The notes under the pieces were generated by a model, which had not been told where the DNA came from, searched no databases, and saw nothing but the letters and a program-made list of their open reading frames with translations. The translations under genes were made by a program, and so were the position numbers. Below, piece after piece: positions 7,601-15,778 of a stretch of DNA of 33,994 nt; position 1 is the stretch's first letter; the number at the start of each line of letters is the position of its first letter. Origin of the DNA: an uncultured virus (IMG/VR IMGVR_UViG_3300028920_001041) (taxonomy: Duplodnaviria > Heunggongvirae > Uroviricota > Caudoviricetes); IMG/VR virus record IMGVR_UViG_3300028920_001041; one strand, given 5' to 3'.

Positions 7601-9348
7601 TTACTCCTATTGAAGATGGAGAAGCTCCGCTTGTTGGTACCGGTGCAGAATTTATTGTGCCACAATTAGCGAGTTCTAGATTTGCCCATAAAGCTAAATT
7701 TGATGGTAAAGTAATTGAAGTACAAAAAGGGAAAATAGCTACCGTTAAATATAGAAACGGACAGACTGAAATGTTTGATATAACTCCTCGTTTAAGTAGA
7801 ACAAAAATGGGAGCATATATATCTCTAGAAATGAGCACATTAAACGAAGGAGAGAAATTTAAAAAGAATCAATTAGTTGGCTTCACTAAAAATTTTACAA
7901 AAGATAGTAGATATGCCAGTGGTAAAAATGTATTTATGTGTGTGATGAATCCATCTGGATACGGACACGAAGATGCTTACACAATAAGTAAAGAATTTTC
8001 TAAATCCGCATCAAGGGATATGGTTAAAGAGATTCATGCTATCATACCGCCAGAGGTTAAAATTATTAACATAGTTAAGAAAATTGGAGAGAAAGTTGAG
8101 AAAGATCAAGTACTTATAGAATTTGTTTACCAACAGAATCTTGATGATTATTTAGAAATTAATAATTTAATTGATACAGAAGATGAAGAAGTTCTAAGTG
8201 TGTTTGGATCTGGAGATAATAGTATTAAGCTTCTAGCTCAAGAAGGAGAAATTATTGATATCAAAATATATATCAATAATAGGAATTTAGTTGATCCTCA
8301 AATAGTAACTTTCCATAAAAAGCTTGTAGCTGAAACAAAGAAAACAATTGGCAATTTAGCTAAAAATCTTAAAGATGATCAATTAAAATCTGTTGATAAT
8401 ATTGATGTATCATTCTTCAAAACTGGAGGCCATAAATTTAAACAGAATGAATTCCAAGGAGCAAGAATAGTATACTATATTAAACAACAGAAACCTTTAA
8501 TAGAAGGTGATAAGATTTCGAATAGATTTGGGGCAAAAGGTGTTATTGGTAAAGTATTTGATGAAACACCTTATGGAGAAATAACTCCAAGAATTGATGT
8601 ATTTATTAGCGCATCTGGTGTATTTGGTAGAAAGAACGTTGCCATGATTAAAGAATTATATCTCGGTAAAGTTATGTATTATCTAAACTACAAATGCAGA
8701 GAATGGGCAAATAACACAAAGGTAAAAACTGATAAGATTATTAAAACAATATTAGATGTTTATAAATTAGTAGGTACAAAGAATGTATATGATGATATAT
8801 CTGCTAAGTTTAAAGGTATGACTGAAGTTAAGCTTAGAAAATTATTTAAGGATGAAGACTTTAATTTCTACATTCTTATTGCTCCTTTTGAAACAGTCTC
8901 ATTTAAAGATATAAAGACTGCAGCAGATCATCTAAGTATTAAATTAGATGAGAAAGTATATATGCCAGAATTAAAAGCGTGGACTCAAACTGAAGTTCCC
9001 GTTGGTGTAGCCTATTATAGTGCCCTTGAACAATTCTCGGAGATATATGCTAATGTAAGAGGAACAGGAATGTATCAAGGACTTACCAGACAACCAGCAA
9101 AAGGTAAGTCGAAACAAGGTGGTCAGAGTATTGGGTCATTAGATATGAACGCATTATTAACTTATAATGTACCTTCTATTAGAAATGAGCTATTTACTTT
9201 AAGATCTGATGATCATAGATCTAAAAGATTGGTTAATAGTAATATTATTACACAAGGTCACTCTGATATTCCAACAGAATCAGGTCGAGGTGGTACTTCA
9301 CAACTATTAGATGTGTATATCACAGGCATGGGCTTAGAAATTATTTAA
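4678..9348 (+). CDS. rpoB: DNA-directed RNA polymerase beta subunit with about 400 aa N-terminal extension
   Basis: KYFKLHGSTYIIASQ, RNIHPSQYG..STPEGSNVG, LVPFQNEMDSERLVM, PLVGTG, GYGHEDA, GDKISNRFGAKGV, QPAKGKSKQGGQSIG, LRSDD. Confidence 0.96.
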   Translation: MMDDQILIQELNLSSLRPTTLVKGTLRVDRQAIFIVLPDTNLRIWNEIYNTGLLLTNCQAIISPAKRFTIGRRKFNAKLHQLDLRKQLLKREGPGKKLRVVSTVPINLRNKKNKLTSAKPKSQYFFYDATVYSDALKYLAERFSGKMLTTMIFKELSSLYINLKTLLPTSSIELLLLIKNHEGQLAEMINNLHMRLPEKEFSGLRLYDNFTIVSNTDKVLLPIAYKRKGNNVLHRPNISKIEKFLAAEEMSKEVEKESPFQPTDVDFNKGDTFVNKLVRSLRKSNLRTNINDSGDIKVGLDPDKVTNILKKNKIDDPDIAINVKSSIDAYMLDKGDKLTTDEAESIVMKAINYTVHGTDDVPDEYIAKPQLLFNKLKEIKTYRVPLDYPDLEYPISPKSSVDIDHTTGQFRQKFEFEKAIHENVRNLLKSVEDVKEHPIRIKKVDWELDDNMQDRVINYKVTLQNLTGENKKPYIVELKVPATINDKYFKLHGSTYIIASQQFMKPVTKTDKNEVRILSNYAIIRIGIKNLKFNPGDVDEIIDKYVKIRYPNLIKKQESNSVMFKDGSVINFIGDTVYEEPDRVVTIDSDTGKLKDQDGSEMNIGKNEFIYEIILEKIFKVNPDDMMYRTKKSVPFMYIYLSGMTIPLIIYQWSQKGLLTALNDLGIDYEFSNTDKLTEAVDAQVSPTQAYAFVATGDQFLAIKPKSTKEKLIVNGILVGRLKKPIDNLDDPAQIEEHISNVYGSGAVYNIHNMTENMIDPVTKELLEFENLPTKLPNLVSSHCVPMLMNNKADSLSDLKIYRSRMSEMVLQSMYKQIKQAHTEYKNKVSFGDPKAELWLDKEYIIRDMITDAGVLQHTEPVTPVDEIMLASRVIKSGKGGVQSKQMFKVEQRNIHPSQYGIISANSTPEGSNVGIINRHTLTPVIVNKYGSYGAKDISGQSGWNMLSIEESLVPFQNEMDSERLVMAATHQGQVTPIEDGEAPLVGTGAEFIVPQLASSRFAHKAKFDGKVIEVQKGKIATVKYRNGQTEMFDITPRLSRTKMGAYISLEMSTLNEGEKFKKNQLVGFTKNFTKDSRYASGKNVFMCVMNPSGYGHEDAYTISKEFSKSASRDMVKEIHAIIPPEVKIINIVKKIGEKVEKDQVLIEFVYQQNLDDYLEINNLIDTEDEEVLSVFGSGDNSIKLLAQEGEIIDIKIYINNRNLVDPQIVTFHKKLVAETKKTIGNLAKNLKDDQLKSVDNIDVSFFKTGGHKFKQNEFQGARIVYYIKQQKPLIEGDKISNRFGAKGVIGKVFDETPYGEITPRIDVFISASGVFGRKNVAMIKELYLGKVMYYLNYKCREWANNTKVKTDKIIKTILDVYKLVGTKNVYDDISAKFKGMTEVKLRKLFKDEDFNFYILIAPFETVSFKDIKTAADHLSIKLDEKVYMPELKAWTQTEVPVGVAYYSALEQFSEIYANVRGTGMYQGLTRQPAKGKSKQGGQSIGSLDMNALLTYNVPSIRNELFTLRSDDHRSKRLVNSNIITQGHSDIPTESGRGGTSQLLDVYITGMGLEII

Positions 9349-9378
9349 ATAAGCAATCAAATCTCCTCTTTCGTTAAA

Positions 9379-9436
9379 TTTAATATTCAACCATTTCATA
9401 TAGAAATTTTATATTCAACAAAAACATATAGAAATA
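9379..9436 (+). promoter_or_regulatory. Tandem pair of putative class B promoters
   Basis: TTTAATATTCAA-N6-CATATAGAAAT (core 9397) and TTTTATATTCAA-N6-CATATAGAAATA (core 9425), 28 bp apart. Confidence 0.65.
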
Positions 9437-9506
9437 GTAAAGTATAGGAATCGTATTTTACGTCGGTTGTTTTTATTTTTAAATTTTTTTACCCGAGAGA
9501 GGAGGA

Positions 9507-10025
9507 TTGCGTATGTCGGTCGAATTTGAAACATTTTATGTCATCATTAGTCCAGAACAGGACAGTCAGGGGAAAATCATTATTAATCGAAAGAGTGGCG
9601 AATTGCGTAATTGGTATTTCTGTAGTCAAGAATTTAACAAAGAAGATACCAATGACAAAAATATGCTAGAAATTGCTAATCAGGCACGAATATATGGGTT
9701 AGCAGAAGCATTCGAAGAATGCGGAAATGAAGGTGAATTTAAACTAGGTCGGCCTAAAAGCTGCAACGAAAAGGCTGCCAAAAAATATATGACAAATCGA
9801 ATTGTCATAGTTCTCGATAATTTTAATATTGAAGATATGACCTGTGATATACATAACGGGTTAATATGCCGAAATATTGACGATGATCCGAGAATCTGGA
9901 AGAAAGTAAGATGGGGTAAAAAATATACTAAAAAGAAGAAAAGACAACCTCATTCCAATGACCATGCTTTTGCTCCCCTAAGTGATAAGATGCCCGACAA
10001 ACTAAAATCAATCGCGTCTAAATAA
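9507..10025 (+). CDS. Hypothetical protein with a basic C-terminus
   Basis: 172-aa ORF after GAGGAGG; likely start is the ATG at 9513. Confidence 0.8.
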   Translation: MRMSVEFETFYVIISPEQDSQGKIIINRKSGELRNWYFCSQEFNKEDTNDKNMLEIANQARIYGLAEAFEECGNEGEFKLGRPKSCNEKAAKKYMTNRIVIVLDNFNIEDMTCDIHNGLICRNIDDDPRIWKKVRWGKKYTKKKKRQPHSNDHAFAPLSDKMPDKLKSIASK

Positions 10026-10033
10026 CAAAAGGG

Positions 10034-10076
10034 AATAGGGGCTATTATCGTGTAGTCCCTATTTCAAGATTTTTTT
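10034..10076 (+). terminator. Intrinsic terminator
   Basis: AATAGGGGCTA-ttatcgtg-TAGTCCCTATT followed by a T tract. Confidence 0.7.
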
Positions 10077-10409
10077 GTGAAAGGTTTTACATCTATGACG
10101 AATAGATTTTTAGTACCCATTAATACAGGTGAACAACTAAAATTCCCTTTACATCGCCCATTACTACTATTTATGTTAAACGGCAAGATATATAGATGTA
10201 ATATCGTTTTTGCCGGTAAAGACTTTATCACAGTTAACACATTACATGAAAGAACAATAACAGAATCAGGTGAAGTAACATATACTAATTTAAAATTAGA
10301 CAACGATGTAACCTTTAAGAGAAACAGAATTGATGGTTACAGTACCGTTAAAGAAACAAAAGACAATAATTCTAAATCAGATAAACGTATCTTTCTTTTA
10401 AAAAAATGA
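10077..10409 (+). CDS. Hypothetical protein
   Basis: Co-oriented ORF; probable start is the ATG at 10095. Confidence 0.7.
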   Translation: MKGFTSMTNRFLVPINTGEQLKFPLHRPLLLFMLNGKIYRCNIVFAGKDFITVNTLHERTITESGEVTYTNLKLDNDVTFKRNRIDGYSTVKETKDNNSKSDKRIFLLKK

Positions 10410-10416
10410 GGAATCA

Positions 10417-10845
10417 ATGAGTAAACATATAAATATCACACATATAGATGAGCAACCGACGAAAGAACAAATTGGTGTAAGAAAACCTTTAGCTCATGAG
10501 AAACTCTTTCAAGAGTATAATATTGATCCTGCAAAATTATTTGATGGATCTATTCTAAAGCAAATACCTCATGAATGGATCCCCGAAATCATTGAACAAA
10601 ATATTCAGTCAATCTCTCCAGAATTTAAGATTCTTGAAGCTCAACATATTACATCTAATAAAGTATTTATGTTGATATTTGAAAGCCCTGAAGCTGTTCA
10701 ACAATTTGACGAACAGTTTAATAAAAAGATGTTCTCCAATATTAATGCTTTTATTGAGAAACGAGGGGAGAACACGAAGAAATATCATAGAAATATCATA
10801 TTTGTACAGAATGTTGAAGCCCATAAAATGACAATATCGTATTAA
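10417..10845 (+). CDS. Hypothetical protein
   Basis: GAGGA RBS, 142-aa ORF. Confidence 0.8.
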   Translation: MSKHINITHIDEQPTKEQIGVRKPLAHEKLFQEYNIDPAKLFDGSILKQIPHEWIPEIIEQNIQSISPEFKILEAQHITSNKVFMLIFESPEAVQQFDEQFNKKMFSNINAFIEKRGENTKKYHRNIIFVQNVEAHKMTISY

Positions 10846-10857
10846 GGAGATTAAAGA

Positions 10858-11973
10858 ATGACTGAACAACAACCACCAGGATTTGATCAAAGTTTACCAT
10901 TTGGAGAAGCACCAGGTTTACCAGGAACAGCTGCACCTGTAGATGTCCCGTTTAAAACAGAAGAACCATTTACTCCTCCAATAGAAGTTACACAAGAAAC
11001 AACACCATCTGTTCAGGAACAACCAATACCAGAAACAATAACAAATGCTCCACCTATCATACCCGAAGGAGTAGCAGGACCAGTTGAACCAATAGTACCT
11101 GCGTCTGCAGCCATCCCAAATACTGTTGCTAATGATCCAGGACAAACTGTTGTACCTCCAAATCAGAATCAAACACCATTACCAGGTCATGCTGTTATGC
11201 CATCTGAAGTTGATGCATATAAACCATTAGAAACCCAACAACAAATAGCAGATATTAGTCCCGCGAAATTTGACAACTTAACTAAAGTATTAGATATTCT
11301 GAGACAGAATAAACCAGATGCGATTTCAATTAAAGGATCATATATTCATGAAGTAGTATCAGGATCAGTGATAGTTGCTGATGTAAGAAGTATTTTTGAT
11401 GGTGCTGTTGACTTCCAAATTACAGATCCGAAAAAACATGTAGATTTATTTAAGCAATTTAAAGGAAACAACAATATATTTATATTAGACGATCCGGAGA
11501 ATACAAGGTACATTCTTACAAATGGACCTATTAAAATATTTCTGCCAAAACAGATTGATCAACTTGTTGCAGAAGCATCAGCTCCTGATATTTCTAGTTC
11601 TCAAACATTGTCCCAAAAAATGGTTACTAAAGACACAAGAGATGAGATTAGAGGACTTGGGAGACATTCAAATTCAGTTGAATTCTTATTACAAGGGACT
11701 GAAATTAAAGCTATGCACATACCGGACACCGGAATATACCGATTTGAAGAATATATTAAAGATCCTGGAGTTGCAAAGCTTGACGAAACAAATGCAGATC
11801 TCGTACTAAAATCAGAATTATTTCTACCAGTTGATTCGGATAGTTACAAAATCACAATCGTTAAGAAACAAACAGGTGAATTCGTAAGTGTTACAGAATG
11901 TAATACTGGCCTTGTAAAAATGTGGATCTTTGAACAACTTGAAGAAACAACTGGAGGAAATCTAAACTTTTAG
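10858..11973 (+). CDS. Putative sliding clamp (T4 gp45-like) with a Pro-rich disordered N-terminus
   Basis: C-terminal ~240 aa (IVADVRSIFDGAVDFQITDPKKHVDLF...YILTNGPIKIFLP) parallels the gp45 pattern. A clamp loader is present in the window. Confidence 0.55.
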   Translation: MTEQQPPGFDQSLPFGEAPGLPGTAAPVDVPFKTEEPFTPPIEVTQETTPSVQEQPIPETITNAPPIIPEGVAGPVEPIVPASAAIPNTVANDPGQTVVPPNQNQTPLPGHAVMPSEVDAYKPLETQQQIADISPAKFDNLTKVLDILRQNKPDAISIKGSYIHEVVSGSVIVADVRSIFDGAVDFQITDPKKHVDLFKQFKGNNNIFILDDPENTRYILTNGPIKIFLPKQIDQLVAEASAPDISSSQTLSQKMVTKDTRDEIRGLGRHSNSVEFLLQGTEIKAMHIPDTGIYRFEEYIKDPGVAKLDETNADLVLKSELFLPVDSDSYKITIVKKQTGEFVSVTECNTGLVKMWIFEQLEETTGGNLNF

Positions 11974-11994
11974 AATTCTTGATAGGAGAAGATT

Positions 11995-12639
11995 ATGCCT
12001 GATTTAAACACATTCGATACATTAGAGTCGTCAACACAAATAGTTTTAGTACAAGATAATCATATCGATCAAGAGGAATTAGAAGAGTTAGAAGAACCTA
12101 TTATAGAACAATACATAAATTTTCAAAGCATGGGTGTTGATTTAACTAAAGATATCCCCCAACTATACCTCTATGCAATCTACGGAAATCTAATTGACTT
12201 TGTCAATGAAAATTATACTGCTATAACAGAGTATGATACCATTAGGATCTCCCCGCAGAAAGTGCTTGAGGTCGGCAAGTACGTCTATAGTTTTATCACA
12301 AACGATGCTGCTTTTAACATATTACCGAGTTACTTGATTAAAATTGATAGTTTTACGATGGATCAATTTGAAAGTTACATAAGACATACACTTTCGAATG
12401 ATTCATCGAAATTCAAAGCATCTTTTGTCGTGTCTATAAAAGAAGTCGTTGATAGACTTAATGGACTTCAAAGAATACGACAAGCTATAACGAAAGATGT
12501 GAATTATAGACATTTATTACAAAAATATATGTATTACATGGAACTGGTCAATTATGGAGATAGTGACCGCTTCCTCTATAATTATATTATGCCAGTTCTT
12601 CGAAATAACTTTCAAGAAATACTTTGGAGGACTTTTTAA
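11995..12639 (+). CDS. Hypothetical protein
   Basis: AGGAG RBS, 214 aa, acidic N-terminus. Confidence 0.8.
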   Translation: MPDLNTFDTLESSTQIVLVQDNHIDQEELEELEEPIIEQYINFQSMGVDLTKDIPQLYLYAIYGNLIDFVNENYTAITEYDTIRISPQKVLEVGKYVYSFITNDAAFNILPSYLIKIDSFTMDQFESYIRHTLSNDSSKFKASFVVSIKEVVDRLNGLQRIRQAITKDVNYRHLLQKYMYYMELVNYGDSDRFLYNYIMPVLRNNFQEILWRTF

Positions 12640-12851
12640 TGTTAGACGTACTTGCTGCAATTGGAATAGGTGCTGTGATAGGCACTGGAGCTAGGGCATT
12701 AAAAGATGGAGTTATATTCAACCCTGGCAGACGTATACCTGAGACATTGGACGCTATATCTAAAAGAAATGATAAACTTCTTGAAGGTGTCGAATGGGAT
12801 GTTAGTAAGGATTATATTAAAACTTATAAATGTTTTAGTAAAGGTGAATAG
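12639..12851 (+). CDS. Small protein with a Gly-rich hydrophobic N-terminus
   Basis: GGAGG then a TAATG overlap with the upstream stop; MLDVLAAIGIGAVIGTGA. Confidence 0.7.
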   Translation: MLDVLAAIGIGAVIGTGARALKDGVIFNPGRRIPETLDAISKRNDKLLEGVEWDVSKDYIKTYKCFSKGE

Positions 12852-12854
12852 AAG

Positions 12855-13247
12855 ATGTCCAGTGACAAACGACAAAACGAATATTCAAATCAAATAAAGA
12901 TGTATAATATTTTAAATGATCAAGTAAAAGATTTGAAAGACAAAGCAGATGCTGTAAAAGAGGACATTGCTAAAATGATGCATGAAGATACCATCAACGA
13001 CGTTATTGTTGATGTTGATGGTATTGCGTTCAAAGTTGCATATCAGGGAAGAACAACCAAGAAGGTTGATTACAATCATCTACTTGAAGTTCTTGGTCAG
13101 AATGGCTACCGTGAAATTGTCACGGAGAAACAATCTGAGTTCCTGTCGATTAGAAAAGCACCGAAAGGGCAACAGAACGATATACTTCATACTGCACCAA
13201 ATGGCAAGAAAAAGAAATTAGAACCGCCAATAGGTAATTTGGCGTAA
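12855..13247 (+). CDS. Phage coiled-coil protein
   Basis: Heptad helix (LNDQVKDLKDKADAVKEDIAKMM) followed by a small beta-rich domain. Confidence 0.75.
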   Translation: MSSDKRQNEYSNQIKMYNILNDQVKDLKDKADAVKEDIAKMMHEDTINDVIVDVDGIAFKVAYQGRTTKKVDYNHLLEVLGQNGYREIVTEKQSEFLSIRKAPKGQQNDILHTAPNGKKKKLEPPIGNLA

Positions 13248-13253
13248 ATTAGG

Positions 13254-13291
13254 GGGTGAAGGGAGAAATCCCTTCACTCACCATTATTTTT
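13254..13291 (+). terminator. Intrinsic terminator
   Basis: GGGTGAAGGGA-gaaa-TCCCTTCACTC followed by a T-rich tail. Confidence 0.8.
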
Positions 13292-13305
13292 ATTGGAGGC
13301 AAATT

Positions 13306-13473
13306 ATGAGTGAATTTACTTGTTCGGAATGTGGTGGAGAAATACAACAAATTGGTAAACTCTTAAAATGCACCAAGTGTAAAAGAGAGAAAACCATAAC
13401 ACCAAAAGAACAACAATTCAATGAAGTTGATATGAATGATAGAACAAAAAATCTTGATATTCTAATGGAGTAA
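13306..13473 (+). CDS. 55-aa zinc-ribbon protein (absent from the ORF track)
   Basis: GGAGG RBS; MSEFTCSECGGEIQQIGKLLKCTKCKREK..., two CxxC pairs. Confidence 0.8.
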   Translation: MSEFTCSECGGEIQQIGKLLKCTKCKREKTITPKEQQFNEVDMNDRTKNLDILME

Positions 13474-13475
13474 TT

Positions 13476-13685
13476 ATGGGTGACAACTTTAGAAAAGAGC
13501 TTGAGACGTTATTAAATAAGAATTGTCAAGAAAATATTTCAGATACCCCAGATTTCATTCTAGCGAAATATTTGGTTGATTGTTTAGCTGCTTTCGATCA
13601 AGCAACTATTCGTCGTACTGCGTGGTATAATAAACCGTCAGGAATAACAGAAATAATGGGAAGCAAAGTAGAATTAACGGAGTAA
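13476..13685 (+). CDS. Small hypothetical phage protein
   Basis: GGAG RBS; ENISDTPDFILAKYL motif. Confidence 0.75.
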   Translation: MGDNFRKELETLLNKNCQENISDTPDFILAKYLVDCLAAFDQATIRRTAWYNKPSGITEIMGSKVELTE

Positions 13686-13687
13686 CT

Positions 13688-13933
13688 ATGGATGATTTAA
13701 TAAGTGAAGCTATTCCTGGATTAACAGAAGCTTCAAAGAAAAGAATTGGTTATAGAAAAATATTGTTAAAATATATTAGAGAAAATATTGAATATTACCC
13801 AGATGATCACACAAAAAAATTATTAATAAAAAGAATTAAAAGAGGGCAATTAAGCAATTTATCGGATAGTGATTTAAGTGTTCATGCTCAAATAATATCG
13901 GATGTAAAGGAGGGACTAAAACCAAATGAGTAA
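13688..13933 (+). CDS. Small hypothetical protein
   Basis: GGAG RBS; overlaps the queC start. Confidence 0.7.
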   Translation: MDDLISEAIPGLTEASKKRIGYRKILLKYIRENIEYYPDDHTKKLLIKRIKRGQLSNLSDSDLSVHAQIISDVKEGLKPNE

Positions 13934-14633
13934 AGGAACTGTTGTAATGGCGCTGAGTGGAGGAATGGACTCAGCAACTGTACTAGATAAATTAGCATTC
14001 GAAGGATTTAGTGTTGTATGTATAGGATTCACATATGGATCTAAACATAACGAATTTGAGAATGCTGCGGCATTAGCATTAGCTAAACATTATAAAGTAC
14101 ATTACAAATTAATTGATCTTACTGTAGTATTCGATGGATTTAAATCTAATCTTCTTAAGGATGGGGGAGACATACCAGAAGGACATTATGAACAAGATAA
14201 TATGTCTCTGACTGTTGTTCCTGGAAGAAATACAATTTTTGCTAGTATTCTTCTTGGTGTCGCAGAATCTATCGGTGCTTCAAAGATTGCACTAGGTGTA
14301 CATCAAGGAGATCATGCTATTTATCCAGACTGTAGAATTGGATACATTAAAGCACTAGACACACTATTATGGTTAGCATCAGATGAAAGAGTATCAGTGA
14401 TTACACCTTTTCTACATACAACCAAAATTGGTATTCTTGATTTCGGTCTTAGAAATTCTACACCTTATCATTTGACAAGAACATGCTATAAAGATCAAGA
14501 ATTAAGTTGTGGAGTCTGTGGAAGTTGTAACGAAAGAATTGAAGCATTCGCCACACATGGGAAAAAAGATCCTATTAAATATGAGAATGTTCCTGATTGG
14601 AATACTCTATATAATAAATTCCGAAAAGCTTAG
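13926..14633 (+). CDS. queC: 7-cyano-7-deazaguanine synthase
   Basis: SGGMDS PP-loop, VPGRNTIF, YPDCR, TCY..CGVCGSC. Confidence 0.96.
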   Translation: MSKGTVVMALSGGMDSATVLDKLAFEGFSVVCIGFTYGSKHNEFENAAALALAKHYKVHYKLIDLTVVFDGFKSNLLKDGGDIPEGHYEQDNMSLTVVPGRNTIFASILLGVAESIGASKIALGVHQGDHAIYPDCRIGYIKALDTLLWLASDERVSVITPFLHTTKIGILDFGLRNSTPYHLTRTCYKDQELSCGVCGSCNERIEAFATHGKKDPIKYENVPDWNTLYNKFRKA

Positions 14634-14736
14634 AAAAGGAGTACTTCTAGATTTATCACCATGGCAAGAACCTATCACATATGCATCAGTTGATGGACAA
14701 CAAACACAAATTGCAGCAGTTTAAAAGGATAATGAT

Positions 14737-15183
14737 ATGTATTCAGTGAACAAACAATTTGAATTTGAAGCGAGTCATAAATTACTACTTGATTATGGAT
14801 CACCTTGCACAAACATTCATGGTCATTCATATAAAGTAGATATACAACTATTTTCGGACACATTAGATAAGAATGGGATGGTGATTGATTTCACCAAAAT
14901 GAAGAGAGTTAAAGATTGGGTAATGAATTATTGGGATCATTCAGTGATTATATCTGAGAAAGATAAAGATCTAGAATTATACCAAAATATGGTAAATGTT
15001 AAAGTATTTGAATTCCCTCACAGTAATGTAACTGCTGAATTGATGGCAGAACATATATGCAAATTGACTGAAGACCAAATTGCTCCAAGATTAAGAGAGC
15101 GTCTTAAAAAGATAAGAATTATTGTTTGGGAAACAACAAATAATTGTGCAACATTCGAGAAGGAATACGAGATTCAAGCTTAA
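14737..15183 (+). CDS. queD: 6-carboxy-5,6,7,8-tetrahydropterin synthase
   Basis: FEASH, CTNIHGHSY, GMVIDF, TAE, VWET. Confidence 0.95.
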   Translation: MYSVNKQFEFEASHKLLLDYGSPCTNIHGHSYKVDIQLFSDTLDKNGMVIDFTKMKRVKDWVMNYWDHSVIISEKDKDLELYQNMVNVKVFEFPHSNVTAELMAEHICKLTEDQIAPRLRERLKKIRIIVWETTNNCATFEKEYEIQA

Positions 15184-15186
15184 CGT

Positions 15187-15221
15187 AAAATAGGTCGGGC
15201 CTATCTGCTCGACCTATTTTT
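15187..15221 (+). terminator. Intrinsic terminator, possibly bidirectional
   Basis: AAAATAGGTCGGGC-ctatct-GCTCGACCTATTTTT. Confidence 0.85.
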
Positions 15222-15226
15222 ACCGA

Positions 15227-15256
15227 TTTTATATTCAATTATTTTATATAGAAATA
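15227..15256 (+). promoter_or_regulatory. Putative class B promoter of the ubiquitin-like operon
   Basis: TTTTATATTCAA-N6-TATATAGAAATA. Confidence 0.65.
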
Positions 15257-15313
15257 ATTATGATAGGAACCGGTCCTATTTATTTTAATTTATTTTGAAA
15301 GGAGACTTATGCC

Positions 15314-15712
15314 ATGGCAGTAAAAAACAAGTGCCCGAATTGTAACAAACAGACGGAACAACAAAAGAAGGGCAAATCAACATCGGGTGCTCAGCGTTGG
15401 AAATGTAACGAATGCGGTAAACAGTACACCGAAGGAGCTACAAAGAAACCAACGCCCAAAAAAGCAGCGCCTAAGAAAAAGGCACCTGCTAGAAAGCCCG
15501 CGACCAAGAAAGTTGCTTCTAATAAGCAAACCACTATCAAAGTCAATAATAACACTATTAAAACGGTTAAAGGTGACCTCTCACCGGACGAAGCATTTGA
15601 ACTTGCGTCAGATTATTTTCGAGAGATTACTAAAACCTCTGTTAAAACGACTCATGATAATGATGGAAACGTTGTACACGCATTCCAAGTATCTACCGGT
15701 CGCAAAGGCTAA
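15314..15712 (+). CDS. Zn ribbon + Lys/Ala/Pro linker + prokaryotic ubiquitin-like domain (Prok_Ub / PRTRC protein C-like)
   Basis: CPNC..CNEC ribbon; KKPTPKKAAPKKKAPARKPATKK; C-terminal LSPDEAFELASDYFREITK...HAFQVSTGRKG-stop matches the Prok_Ub pattern ending in GxKG. Confidence 0.8.
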   Translation: MAVKNKCPNCNKQTEQQKKGKSTSGAQRWKCNECGKQYTEGATKKPTPKKAAPKKKAPARKPATKKVASNKQTTIKVNNNTIKTVKGDLSPDEAFELASDYFREITKTSVKTTHDNDGNVVHAFQVSTGRKG

Positions 15713-15722
15713 TATTATTATT

Positions 15723-15773
15723 TTACTCTAACCGGAAAGGACTATTCCTTTTCGGTTAGAGTAATATCTTTTT
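15723..15773 (+). terminator. Long hairpin or terminator after the Ubl gene
   Basis: TTACTCTAACCGGAAAGGA-ctat-TCCTTTTCGGTTAGAGTAA, then TATCTTTTT. Confidence 0.7.
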
Positions 15774-15778
15774 GAGAG

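Noticed and set aside
15314..15430. IS1 transposase InsA or insertion sequence
   Set aside because: Only the Zn ribbon is similar; no DDE domain or terminal inverted repeats.
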